DNA of 56,385 nt, the filler included, from Sphacelaria rigidula (taxonomy: Eukaryota), in the NCBI GenBank assembly GCA_964200075.2. It is 7 parts of 7 records of this genome, joined end to end, with 100 filler letters (N's around TTAATTAATTAA, not from the genome) between each part and the next. Parts side by side here need not be neighbours in the genome. Positions count along the whole stretch, not along the records: positions 8,071 to 16,040 come from CAXNAA020012801.1; positions 16,141 to 24,110 come from CAXNAA020012802.1; 5 more parts are not named here. The stretch is one strand, 5' to 3'. The position numbers were made by a program, and so were the translations under genes. Positions 10,716 to 22,293 of the stretch are shown here, in pieces (the first letter of the stretch is position 1; each line of letters begins with the position of its first letter). Under the pieces are notes generated by a model, which saw only the letters and a program-made list of their open reading frames with translations, was not told the DNA's origin and ran no database searches.

Positions 10716-13107
10716 TATGTGGACAAATCATTCTTCGTGTCTTCCTCACCTGTGAAAACTCCCCGCATCAATCAACCACGCACGTTTCAAGCGAATTTTC
10801 GGATCGAGTAAATGGTCCGAACAGGAAAGGTGTGATCGTTGCGATGATTTTGACTGGTCACGTAATCTATTCTGTTGCTGTACAGATGGACTATAGTGGA
10901 CTACCTTGCGATCACGCCCTTTTAAAATTCCCCACTTCTCTTGAACGACCAGTGGGCTACAGAACTCAGACACACGGTTAGGTGGCTGTCTTTGGTCCTT
11001 GTGAAGTTGTTGCGATCGGCTTGGTCTCTCTTTCTCGTTGTCGAAATAGCTGCAGCCCAGCGGTGCAGAAACTTGAAAGGCACATACAGAAACAGCATAG
11101 ATTACGTATAGTGGAGAGCGATGGCACACAGGTTGTTTTGCTACTTGTGCGTGTACTTGGCCGCTGATGAGAGGAAAAAAGTGCCTGTGTGTGGGGAGTC
11201 ACAGCAGTAGGAAGTGCAGAGCGCAGCGCGGATAGCTGAGACGATGTGACATAAAAGTGCAGCAGCACGCCGACATATGCTCGAGGTGTGCCATCACTGC
11301 CGCCAGAGCGCCACGGCTGCGGAGTCATCGGCAAGACAGAAGTTTTGCTTTCAAGTATATCACAGCAGTCGTGGCAGCCAACGTTCACCGCCTACAAGAA
11401 AAGGCATGAGAGTATGTACCTTACGAAAATGGCAAGCGATATCGAACATATTGGTAAACAGACTCGACCTCTATCCCCTCAGAAACCTCTCGGGAGCCTC
11501 TGAGGATTCGCCTGTACTGTTGCAATTTCCGTACAAATGCTCACTCAACACCCACCTGTTGATGTAGATATGCGTGTTGCGTCACCTTGGAACACAAAAT
11601 TTCTAGAGCCCTATTTAGTCCGTTTACGGGGGGGGGGATCGCAGTCAAACTGTACAGCTTGAAGGGTCAATGTTGCCCCAAATCCATCCCTTTTCGAAGC
11701 CTGATTGACTGATTTCCCGTTACGTATCCGACCGTGGTCTCAAAATAGATTTACTCAACAAGGTTTATATACAAATAAAACGGAAATGTGTGGCGTGGGA
11801 ATCGCGTCGTTTCACTGGATACTTCTATTGCTCACCCCAATACCTTCCCCACCTGCACGCTGCCCCTCTTCCCCCTCCTGCCCGATTTTCCCCACTTGTC
11901 AGGTAGCAGTGGCGTGTTCTGTTTCAGAGGAAGCCCACAGCTGTCATCCGCACGCGGCGCATCTCTCCGAACAAACTGGCGGGCGTATCTCGTTCAGCGA
12001 TATATCTCAGCAGCTGAATGTGAGTTCACGAATGCCTCTCTCGAAACTTTGTCGGGAAGTGGATAATAGATGAAGCGCGAGCCCTCGCCCGTCCCCCAAT
12101 AAAAACGATCCTGGAAGATGATGTATGGAAGACAAACAATCGCCCACTTGACTCGATAGAGAAAGTTGAACTTGGGTTGACTGTGTGTGTTTGTGTGAAC
12201 TTTGGCAAAAGGGGGGGGTAGCGAACGGAGCTTTGGGGCCTCGAGAGGCTGGGAAGTGCGCCACGGTTCAGACTGATGATGTATGTGTGTGCCTCTTCTT
12301 TGTTTTTCTGTGCTGTTTTGCGCTTGGAATTTTCCGAAAATTTTCAGCGTAAGGCATCATTCTCTGAACGCGGGCCCACGATTAGGGTTGACTTGACATG
12401 TTCGTGCGCACATGGGAAGTGCAAGATTCCAGGAGTGGCATCTTTTATGCTTTATTTTACCCCCACGCCATGCCTTTGCTAGGTACCTGCGTGATGACGC
12501 CAGCTGTCACGAGGGCTAATATGGGTTTTCAGTCGATCTAAGGTCAGGCGATGTCCGTGAGTGTGGATTGCTCAGGATCACCTGGAGCCATTTTGTGGGA
12601 TTCCGATTCTGCGATCGTGAAGTGTTCGGCCATGTCACCGTTGCATACAGATGTTCAACCAAAAACTATCCAGTGGTCCAACAACTTCCGTCACTGTGTT
12701 CATGTGCTGGTGACGAAGCACTGTTCGAAAGTAGCGCGACAAGCACAACAATACTCCGACCGAAGTCGGGGTGTCTGGAACGGCCTTCTTCCCACCTGCT
12801 CGTCGGTCCCTCAAGCTCTGTTTAAATCACCCGGTATATAGCATGACTTAATCCTAGAGACGATGGTTGGTAACTGTGACCATGAAGTGTCTCGTGGCTC
12901 TATGACTGCCGTCCCGCAAACGTGACACGTCCCCCGATTTTTTTGTTTTTTTCAAGAACTCGACAATCGCGTTGCTGTTTTGAGTGAGATTGCATGTACA
13001 TGGCTTGCGTGAGATGTGCTCCCGTTTTTGTTGTGCGTTAGGTTGTGCACTCCAATAACGCCGCACGCCAGCAAAGAAAAAGCCAAGGCTTGACTAAGCC
13101 TTTTAAA

Positions 13108-13179
13108 CCCTCAGACGGCGAGCGTAAGCCGTGTGTTGAATCGGCACGATCCAGATAGACTACCCTCGTCATCTAAGGG
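13108..13179. mobile_element. Degenerate copy of the short piggyBac-like MITE
   Basis: CCCTCAGAC...TCTAAGGG ends. The internal GTTGAATCGGCA and GATCCAGATAGACTACCC are shared with the copies at 35404 and 38674. Confidence 0.6.
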
Positions 13180-13719
13180 CTAACCGTCGAAACAACACGA
13201 ACGCCTCTCTCAACCCTGCACCAGATCCAGGGGACCCGAATGTCATGCTATTAATAGCCTGAGGCCCAAAATCTCTGGTGAAATTGAGAACAGTATTCCA
13301 TCCCCTCATGATATTGCCCCAGGTGATATATCTCACTGCATGCGATCGGGCTGACATATCGCCTTTTTTTCTTGTTCAGAGAGCCCTGCGGTAAGATTCG
13401 GTCGGTCGGATGAGCGAAGGGTTTAAGTTAGCCCGGAGTTCCGTCTTCACAACAATGCACAACAGCTCAACTGGCACGCACGCACACAGACGGCCGCGCA
13501 GTGCTCGTCGGCTGATTTTGCGCGATGTACCACCTCATGGAAGATATACCTTGCTATTCTCTTCATCGCTGGTGTATGAGTATACGTCCAAATATTGGTC
13601 ATACTGTAGCTGCATGTTGCCTTGATGTGGACGCGTTCCAACGAACCCAAATGGTTGCCGTACCGAAGCTGCAGCACAGAGGCTAGTGGCCAGCGATGGG
13701 GGCTAGGCAGGCACGGTTT

Positions 13720-14175
13720 CACATCCTAGACAATGACAAAAGATTACGTTGTCAAAAATTGTACTGCGTACAGTATCGACTATTGTGTCTAATGCAATAT
13801 GCAATAGATTCAATATTGTACCCTGCCGCGCCCCGGTGATGCAATGGTCCGACTGTCGCCATTATGGTGGAGAGAACGGGGGTTGGATTCCTGACCCGTT
13901 GGGTTTTTTCCTCGTCATGTACCATTTCCATGGTGGAAAGCGTGAGAACGTGAGTATACAAGGTATTCGACTGGGTTTGTGTGACGTGAGTTGACGCGGT
14001 GCGGGAGTGCTGACCCGATCCGCGAGACCAAAATAAACGGTACGTACCGGGGGAGAGATGGGTTGATCCCCTGAGACCACGGACTCATCCACAGGAAGGG
14101 AAGGTGTTCAAAGTGTGGGGAAAAACAAAAAATACAGTACACTTTTGGACAATGTAATCTGTCGTCCAGGGTGTG
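13720..14175. mobile_element. Palindromic MITE (same family as 6494-6637) interrupted by SINE A
   Basis: 13720-13821 and 14133-14175 match the left and right parts of the uninterrupted copy. Confidence 0.75.
13825..14132 (+). mobile_element. tRNA-derived SINE family A, near full length
   Basis: Pol III A box TGATGCAATGG and B-box-like GGTTGGATTCC at tRNA-like spacing, an A-rich tail, and a second copy at 5598. Confidence 0.8.
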
Positions 14176-14380
14176 CACGGTTTCGCTGTGTTGTCGTCGT
14201 CAACACTGAAACTACTCCGATTTTGGCTCACACTCTACACATCCGCTCGTTTTTTTTGTGTTTGATGACTAACTTCTGTTGGAATTTTTTCATCCATTTT
14301 TTTTTTGTGTCTGAAGTATTCATCCGTTTTTTTTTTTCGGGTGTGCCGTTATACTATATATAATGAAACACTAATAACAG

Positions 14381-14889
14381 GTGAGTCTGGCCAGGATGCT
14401 GAAGATCGAAGCCCAAAGCACTACCGCCAGTCTGCGATATCGGGCTTCATCGGGCGAGACGAAGAGCAGCTTGCCACCACCTCAGCAGCAGCACCCCCTC
14501 CTCTCCTCGTCCTCCTCATCCTTCTCCCCACACGCTCCCGACGTGCTGGTGACTGTAACGCACTCTCCACTTCATGTTGGCTCCTTTTTTCAAGCCCCGG
14601 TGCCGCCAGGCGGGCGGCGAGGGAGGGCAGAACGAGAAAGCTGCCGTTGCTCCGCGTTTACGCTTGCGAGCCCCGCGTGTGCGAGGATTTTCCCTCTGAG
14701 ACGGTGCGATTTGGTTGGGGGCGGCGGGGCGGGGGCGGGAGCTGCTCTGTTTTCCGCGGCTGCGGCGGAAGCTAGCAAGGGTGGGCTGGGGGGCGGTCGT
14801 GGTGTTGGTGGTGGCGGGGGCGGTGGACTGGACGGGGGGTTGTTGCTGTCGGCGGAAGATGTCCCCATGGACGAGCGGCGGCGATACCG
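14381..14889 (+). CDS. Probable internal exon of an unidentified protein (VSLARMLKIEAQ...LSAEDVPMDERRRYR)
   Basis: A 509-nt open, GC-rich frame between CTAATAACAG| and |GTATGT, flanked by T-rich intron-like sequence. No family recognised. Confidence 0.5.
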
Positions 14890-15492
14890 GTATGTGTTGT
14901 AGCCCTTCATTTCTTGCTTCCCTCGTCTCCGGCGTTGTTCTCTTTTTTTTGCCTCTCTCTTTCGTTTTTCTCTTTTTTTTCCCCTCTTGCTTGTCTGCTT
15001 CCTTCCTTACTTCCGTCCTTCCTTCTTTCTCTTTATGGTTTGGTGGAACCCGGCGGCGCAAGCTCATGGTTTAAGCATCTATTTGGGTTTAGTGTCGACC
15101 GTCATTTTTGGGCTGTTACCGCGGCCCACAGTTCAAAGGGCTTGCCCGGCGTGCGCAGCAATCGTTTGGACCAAGATCGGTGACCGCCTTACACATTTGA
15201 GCTCTGCCAGCGTATTCTTCTCCTGGACTTCTCTCGCCCGAGGGTTTTCGGTCTTTCTCGGATTGAGCCCCGGGTTGGTGTTAACCGTAAAGTCTGATGG
15301 AACACGACATATATTTAGCCATGGATTTATGTTGCCGGGTTCGCTGCAAGCTCCTCATTTTCTTTCTGTTCCAGCTTTTGTTTCTCGTTTCATCTTGTCT
15401 CGTTCTGTCTTGTATGGTGTCCTTACCTGGCGCCGGGCGGCAGGGGTATGTCGGGGACTTTTCGCTTGTGATCGATGAGTCGTTCAACGATA

Positions 15493-16040
15493 GAGGTGGG
15501 GGGTGTATTCGTGATCTTGCATGTTATAGTCATATGATCATTGATCTCGCATCCCTACGAAGCCGGGACAGAGCACGCCAAGCTTTCGCGGACCAGGCTC
15601 GCAATCAATCACCAAGCGCGAAGCGCCGTGGTGTGTTTGGTGAGCTGCATCCTGCTAAGATTGTTCGGCCCGAAGCGTACTGATGATCTTGCATGTGGAT
15701 GACAGCCTTCAATGAGTTGCTTCCTTTTCTGGTATCGCCACTTCCAGAGACGGCCATGGGTTACACACTGCCTCATGCGTGTCTCACCATTTAAACACTA
15801 TGTGGTATGAGCTTTCCTTCGCGCGAAATTGAGGTTTCCCCACTCCGCACAAAATGATCTAGCTCGACCACCATGATGGTTACCGCAAAGAAACGAAAGC
15901 GCGCAACAAAAAATCGGTAACCTGGTTGCTTAGCGCACGCAGTGATGGGCGTGTTTTGCAGCGAAAGAGGTGGGGGTGTACTCATGATCATGCATGCCAT
16001 AGTCGTACGACCATTGACCTCGCATCCCTACAAAGCCGGG
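15493..16040 (+). repeat. Dispersed repeat family G: one unit of about 470 bp plus the start of a tandem second copy
   Basis: Colinear with 40375-40855. The unit restarts at about 15966 (GGGGGTGTACTCATGATCATGCATGCCATAGTC). Confidence 0.85.
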
Positions 16041-16140
16041 NNNNNNNNNNNNNNNNNNNNNNNNNNNNNNNNNNNNNNNNNNNNTTAATTAATTAANNNN
16101 NNNNNNNNNNNNNNNNNNNNNNNNNNNNNNNNNNNNNNNN
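16041..16140. other. Artificial contig linker
   Basis: Same N-TTAATTAATTAA-N spacer. Confidence 0.98.
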
Positions 16141-17371
16141 CATCATTTTTTTCTCTTGAGGCATTATGTATTGTGTTTCGGGGAGTCTTCACACTGGGAC
16201 CCCCGGCAGCCGGTAAAGAACGGAAAAACTTCAAAATAATATCAGGGATAGACTGCTGCCGAGATAGCCCCCCTCCCGAACCGGCCAAAAAAGTGCACGG
16301 AGGCGATGGTCATAAATGCCGTTTGAGTTGGTTTCGTGATGCACGACGCGACTCATTTGGGCCTTATAGCTGAATTCGGACTGCTACACGCCTCTCATGT
16401 GGGAGGAATTGCTGCAAACGAGCGCAAAAGTGGAATCGCAGCCAGTTTGTCGGACGGTACCCGGTGCACTTTTTGTGGGGGTGCTATCTCGGCATTAGTC
16501 GATACATTATTTTTCCATTTGGAGCATCAATAGCCGGTCGCCCCGGTGGCTCAGTTGATAACCTCGAAACCTTCTCACGGCTGGGACGTGGGTTCAAATC
16601 TCGGAGCGATCTGGGATTTTTTTCATGGGCACACGAAATTCGACTTGACGGTCGACGAGGGAAAGGGATTGCTGAACCCCTCTGGCGATGAAAAATAAAG
16701 GCAAGCACCGCAGAAAGAAGGTGGAGTACTGGAAACAAACAACAAAGAAAAAACTTCTGTGTTGACCTTCCTCCTGTGTAACTCCGGCTGGTGAGCTCAC
16801 ATATAACGAAAGGTATAGACCAGGGTCCAGAATAGAAGGGACGACAACACACAAACAACACACAATACCTACCAGTATATGGAACTGCCAAGTTTGAGGG
16901 CGATCTGAGCTTTTCTACGACAGATACTCGTATAAAGGACCCCGTCACGGGGCTCCCTGGGTCTGCCGTGTTTATTCATGGAAACTAGAGGACGCCAAAA
17001 TCCCACATCACCGAAACACCATGGTTTCGGGTATAATTCGACCCCGTAGTAACCGGTTCCTAATCTGTTTCTTTCCATTAGATTCTCGAGCTGATGGCAG
17101 TTACTACGAGTTGAAGGATGCGGAGATTGGGTAAAAATTGACCCTGGAATTCGTATTTTCGCTTTCAGAATACTTTGAAGGGCGCTGATTGGTCGAAGTA
17201 CCTTCTCACCCTTAGCGCCACCACTATGGCGTTAAACATCAATCTAGCTGTGTCATTCTTTTCAGCTGTTCATGGCGATCAGTATGATATCATGTACGCG
17301 ACTGTTGGCTAGATACTGCGAAAGGCATCCGCCGACGACACAATTTTGGGTCATCAGCGCGAACCAGCCTG
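16141..17371. mobile_element. Partial non-autonomous DNA element ending in a mariner-like terminus (...GAACCAGCCTG|TA)
   Basis: Homologous to 24575-25205. Both end at the same CGCGAACCASCCTG|TA terminus (reverse complement TA|CAGGSTGG). Confidence 0.7.
16533..16862 (+). mobile_element. Full-length tRNA-derived SINE family B with CAATA target duplication
   Basis: A box TGGCTCAGTTGA, B box GGTTCAAATC and a CAACACACAA tail. CAATA occurs at 16528-16532 and 16863-16867. The empty site is present in the paralogous element at about 24711. Confidence 0.88.
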
Positions 17372-17791
17372 TAGTTGATACCAGTGTGGCGGATCGGACT
17401 TACTTGTGATATGTGATTTTGACCGCACTGCGGGGAGGGGTGGAGGGCACACTTTGGGGGACCGCACTGCCTGTGGCAGGACTCCACTATACCTTGCTAA
17501 GGGTTTTCAACGCACCTAAGGCGACATCGTCTCATGTGGAGGATGACGATTCCCCTTGTCATTGTAGCCGTCACATGAGGCATCGACGCCTTGCGTCACA
17601 AAAATGACACCGTGTGATGAGGGTTTTTGCCTTACAACGATTCAAATTCACCGCCCCGAAATATCACGGGCAATGAGCAGGCAAATAGCAGAGCTGGGAA
17701 CACAACAAGGAGGAGGACATCGCAACCATCACTCTCGCGATCGAACAAACGAGTGACGAGGTTGATAACGGAAGCCAAGATCAACACAAGA

Positions 17792-20700
17792 TTACTTCCG
17801 CGACTTCTTTTGCTTGTCATGATAGTACTGCTTCATGCGCATTAACTCTCCGAGCCTCCCCATCATGTTCCTAATTTCCTCGTCATTTCCATACTCCTTG
17901 GCGGCCGCACTAACCCATTCACGTTGTGGAATATTCCTCAAGAACTGCGTGGATCATCGGAGAAAGCAAGCATGTATTGGGAGGAGAAACAACGCCAAAC
18001 AGCGACGAGACGTAGGGGGAGAGCGTTAGTTGTGGTGGATGCAGAAAGCGGAACAGTTGTTTGCGCGGCTGGAAGCGATGTAAGACAGTGTCTTTATTTC
18101 GGGAAATCTGGGAAAAAAATCCGAAACGTGCTCAATAATAAGAAAAACAGTCAACACGTTTCGCGTCAAGTATTGACCGTCAGGTTAGGTCATCCGTTGC
18201 ATCGGCAACATTTTCCCTTAAACAACGAAGGTACGAGTAATAGGATACACGCTCGCCACGGTCAAATGGTTTTACTGCCGTTGGGAATAAGAATCTGGGT
18301 TGCTGGAACGGACGTATACCCACGAAAAGTCGAGAGTACATACAACTCTCAACCTTCAGGGGGAACACGTGGGGATGATTTGCTGTACGGCTTCGAGCAG
18401 TGTTCACGCAAAACATTTCGGCTGTCCAAAACTCCTGTTTGGGGTGGGGACGGGGGAGACGTTCATCATGCACATCGTTTGAGCGCTTGTGTGATTCTGC
18501 CGGCATGCACCATGGTCACAGTCTTACCGTGATACCTTTACCGTTGGTCCACGTTCTCTTCTCAGCCTGACCTTCGAGTGAGCAGTTTCACCACCAAACA
18601 AGACCGTGTCCAGAGCGAACGGGACAACACATTTCGCGACAACGTATGATTCTAGTTTGTGCATATTTTCAACGATTCTTTAACTGCTTCTTGATGAAGC
18701 CTCACTAACTCCACTGAGTTACACTTAACCTCTCGACTTCCCACTACTTGATGTCGCTACTTACAACAATGAGGCCCTTGAACTTGTCGCTCCGTAGCAT
18801 GGCCATCTGCCCGCGCCATGCAGAAGTCACGTTGTCATCATCCACGAAGAAGCCGTCAGTACGCCAAATTGAAAGCAGCACAGCAAGGGGTAATTTTGGG
18901 GGAAATACACGTCAGTAACAATAACACCCCCAGCGTAGCTGGGAACGCTGGGAGCGGGTGGCCGATTACACAGCGAAAGCTGAATAGTTGACGAATTACA
19001 GATTGAGTGACTTCAATTATTATCGCACTTTCACTGATCCTCCAAGGATCTAGCTGTGATCACATGATAGACGTACCTAAGACGAAACATAATTGAAAGA
19101 TTCACTGAAGAAAAATCAAGAAAAAAGAAAAGGTGTGACAGAGTAAAAAAAAAAATAGAAGAGAAGAGAAGAAAAAGCAACAGAGACAAGGAATAAAAAA
19201 CATCGAGGCCAACCGAAAAAAAAACGGGGGAGAAACAAGGCACTACGCTCATGAAGGAAGTGTATTATTCGTGGGTGGCGGAACACACAAAATACGCCCA
19301 TGAAGGCAATGAACGAATACGCCGTCAATCACCAGTCAATCTCAACACACCAGGGGTTGGGATACGAGTTTGAAAACAGGATGCACTGAGCAAATGCTCA
19401 TGAGTACACAGAAGTGGAGGGGGCGAACGAAAGGGGGTACTCATACGCAAATGCAGGGAGCGAACGGCAAGTGGTAGATAAAGTCGACTCACCATGCCAT
19501 AATCTTGTCCAACAAGCTCGAACAGCGACTCGTCATCCTCTAAACCTTCTAGTCCTACAGGCCCCACGTCCTCCCTCTTTGCCTTTTCCTGTGATGGGAT
19601 GATCACACAACCGCGGGACGGCTCGCTGTTTTTCATCACATTCAACAAAACAGCGGATGGCCACCAACTATCGGGACGGCTGTGAACAATCGATGAACGG
19701 GCTTTCGTGTGAACTCCATAGCGAACCCCACGCGCGCGGCCTCGATATGCAAGATGCACGGCGATATACTATAATAGGGCCTTTACGTCGATAATCGTGG
19801 GGCATGATGGGACAGTTCACACCAACGATTTTCTCAACTGGTGTATGCCTACCCATTTATTGATGATTCGCTGAGTGTCTCGTGACTACCAATTTCTCTG
19901 GCTGTATCGCAGCTGCCGACACCAAGGGCTTGTGGACCTCTGGTCCCTCCTTGAAGAGCCATTTAAGGCCATTGGGTGAAGAACAACCATGATATTTGTA
20001 TGCGGAACTCAAAAACCTTTTTTCCTCCGACATATATAACCCGCGGAAAGTCTTGATCGCCCCCCCCTGAACCATGTCCCGTGATGGCATTCGTGACCCC
20101 AGACACGCGGGCACCAACGCCTGGCAACCCAATATAACCCTAACCTACCACCACATCTGCATGTTTACCCTTCTCTCGGTCCAAGCGACGACACAGCGGT
20201 AGCGGCTTTCGTTTTGATGTGACCACGAATCCACGAACACGGCAAGGCTGTCACAAAGCGAAGGGTTCAGTTCAATGAGATTGTCTTCCCTCTTGTGTGA
20301 ATACACAAGGACGCATGCCTTGCCTCGTCCGCGGCGACATCTCCCCCTCCATCCTCCCCCGACGCCGAAGAAGACATGAACACCCGCCCAACGCCGGCGA
20401 GTGATTGGCGTCCCCGCACACAACGAGGGAACACGAGTGATGTCGTCGTTGCGGCCTTAGCGATCGGTAGTAATCGCGTCTCGGTAGGGATGGGTCTTGC
20501 ATACCGTGTCACGGCGGCGGTCGGCGTTGTCGGAAACCTGAGTGTAAAACAATGAAAGGGGCAGGCAGCGTTTACCCTTCTCTAAGTTCACCTGTGATGC
20601 TTTTCGGTTGCGGTCTTCACGGGCCATTGCCTCGATGGAGCATCAGGTTGTCCCTTCATCTTCCTCGAGTGAAGCGAAATCGATACTTTACATAGAAGTA

Positions 20701-22293
20701 GAGGCGTCATACGGACTCTAGAGAATGGTGTCTCTACAACACTCTTAGGCTCATCAGGGAACGGCAAGATTCGTGTCCCCTCCTGCGTTCTCCTCGTCAT
20801 GCTCCAGTCCAGTCAAATTCCAAATGAGCCAATCAAGATGATGGTTTTCAGTCATGGGCAGCCCGCAAAAAAAAAAACATCCATGGGAGAACTTGCGTTC
20901 GCATCTGAAAGGCAGCCACTGCCGAGAGACTAGAACTATGGCGAACGCTGCAACGCGCACCCTAGCGGCTGTGGGTAATGTGCTGACACCTCTGCAATCT
21001 GTTGACCTGCGCCATGCCTCCGGCAGCAGATGCGCAGCAGCGAGACGTCGTATGTACACAACGCAGCTGATCGGACGTGCAAAAGAATCGACATTTCACG
21101 TGAAACATAGCAAAGCGGTTCTGCAATATCGGAACCAAACCGGGTGCACACAGACAAAAATAAGCATTCACACGTTGCGGCGCGAACGTTGAACGTCGAA
21201 CCCTGTTCCACACCTGAACCACTGGCACACCGGTATCACCTTCGAATACGGCACAGAGCATACTACACTTGGTGGGGCGGTTCGTGTTGCTGGAAGATGC
21301 TGGAAGCACATCCTAATACCCACGACAACGCACATATTCATCTGCACGTACTTGGCAGGATAGTATAGTACAGTGACGAGAGCTCGGCGTGGATGATCAA
21401 CCGGCCAAGGGCGGGGGTGCAGTACCTCTACTGCATACATCATGGAGTATCACGTTGTGTATTATATTCTAGACTCTACTCCTCTCTCCCTGTTGAGATC
21501 GGTATATCCTCTGCTACTGATACCCCTTGAACGTGGACAATATAGAAGTCAGCTTTCACAACAAGCGCGAGCGCGAGCACCCTTATGCCAAGTACAGTAC
21601 ACTTCGAAGGGCACTAAGGGGCGTGGATATGGCGAAGTGGGGGTGATATACACCGTCATGTGTACACGTGTATGTATAGGTGAGATGATCACGACTCATA
21701 AAACAGCGATGGGTGCCAGGGTTATCTCGCAAGTAGGATGGACCTCAAAAGGAGTGATAGCTTCGACAACGACCTTGTTTAGAGCGCGAGTTCTCTCACA
21801 CACGCGGGACCTATCCGGGTATATGGAGGGTGGGCGATGGGTAATTCGAGGCGGTGGTCTTCTGATAAACTGTGAGGTGATCTACACATGTTTGGCGTTG
21901 CTTTTCATAATTCTCAGTAAAAATCACATCGCTGACTTTGCAAAAATACTGCACTGTGGTACAACATCAATAGCAAAGGGAACAAGTAACAAGCCACCCC
22001 CATGAATTTTCCAGTTAGCGGTAACGGGGCCACAGAATGGAGCAATCAGTGCAGTTCTTTACACTGCCGCTCTTCACCCGCTGCGTACAAGACACCTGGC
22101 GCTGGCTCTCTCCCTCCGGTGGGCCTCACCTGACAGCGGAGGGCAGCGGGCCATGGACACCGCCTACGAATGCTCCTGTGACAGAAATTTTCATGGCTAT
22201 CATCAATATTGATCCCATCATCGAGGCAGTGTGCCTGACTACCGTCATGGTACCACGCGCAAGGACACCACCACGCGCAATGGACGTCAACAT
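17792..22293 (-). CDS. Predicted plastid-targeted protein with a C-terminal STI1/HOP DP-like helical domain, 222 aa; exons 22293-22130, 20537-20324, 19588-19493, 18806-18765, 17944-17792
   Basis: Five exons join in phase (669 nt, ATG to TAA). The leader ...SILMIAMKISVTGA-FVGG is ASAF-like and is followed by an R/T/A-rich transit region. The C-terminus SLFELVGQDYGMMAMLRSDKFKGLIVFLRNIPQREWVSAAAKEYGNDEEIRNMMGRLGELM resembles STI1 repeats. Intron 2 needs a GC donor. Confidence 0.7.

Noticed and set aside
10750..12840. Possible degenerate transposase or exons (LLHFYVTSSQL; RISFSDISQQLN)
   Set aside because: These are isolated short resemblances with no ordered motif series.
16533..16610. tRNA gene
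   Set aside because: It has A and B boxes but no convincing acceptor stem, and it continues into a repeated SINE body with a tail and TSD. The same applies to 13825.
17924..18532. 202-aa plus-strand ORF
   Set aside because: It has no recognisable motif and lies antisense to the last intron and exon of the STI1-like gene.
19240..19340. Extra hydrophobic exon with an in-frame TGA (possible selenocysteine) in the STI1-like gene
   Set aside because: The acceptor is weak and the model reads better without it. There is no SECIS evidence.
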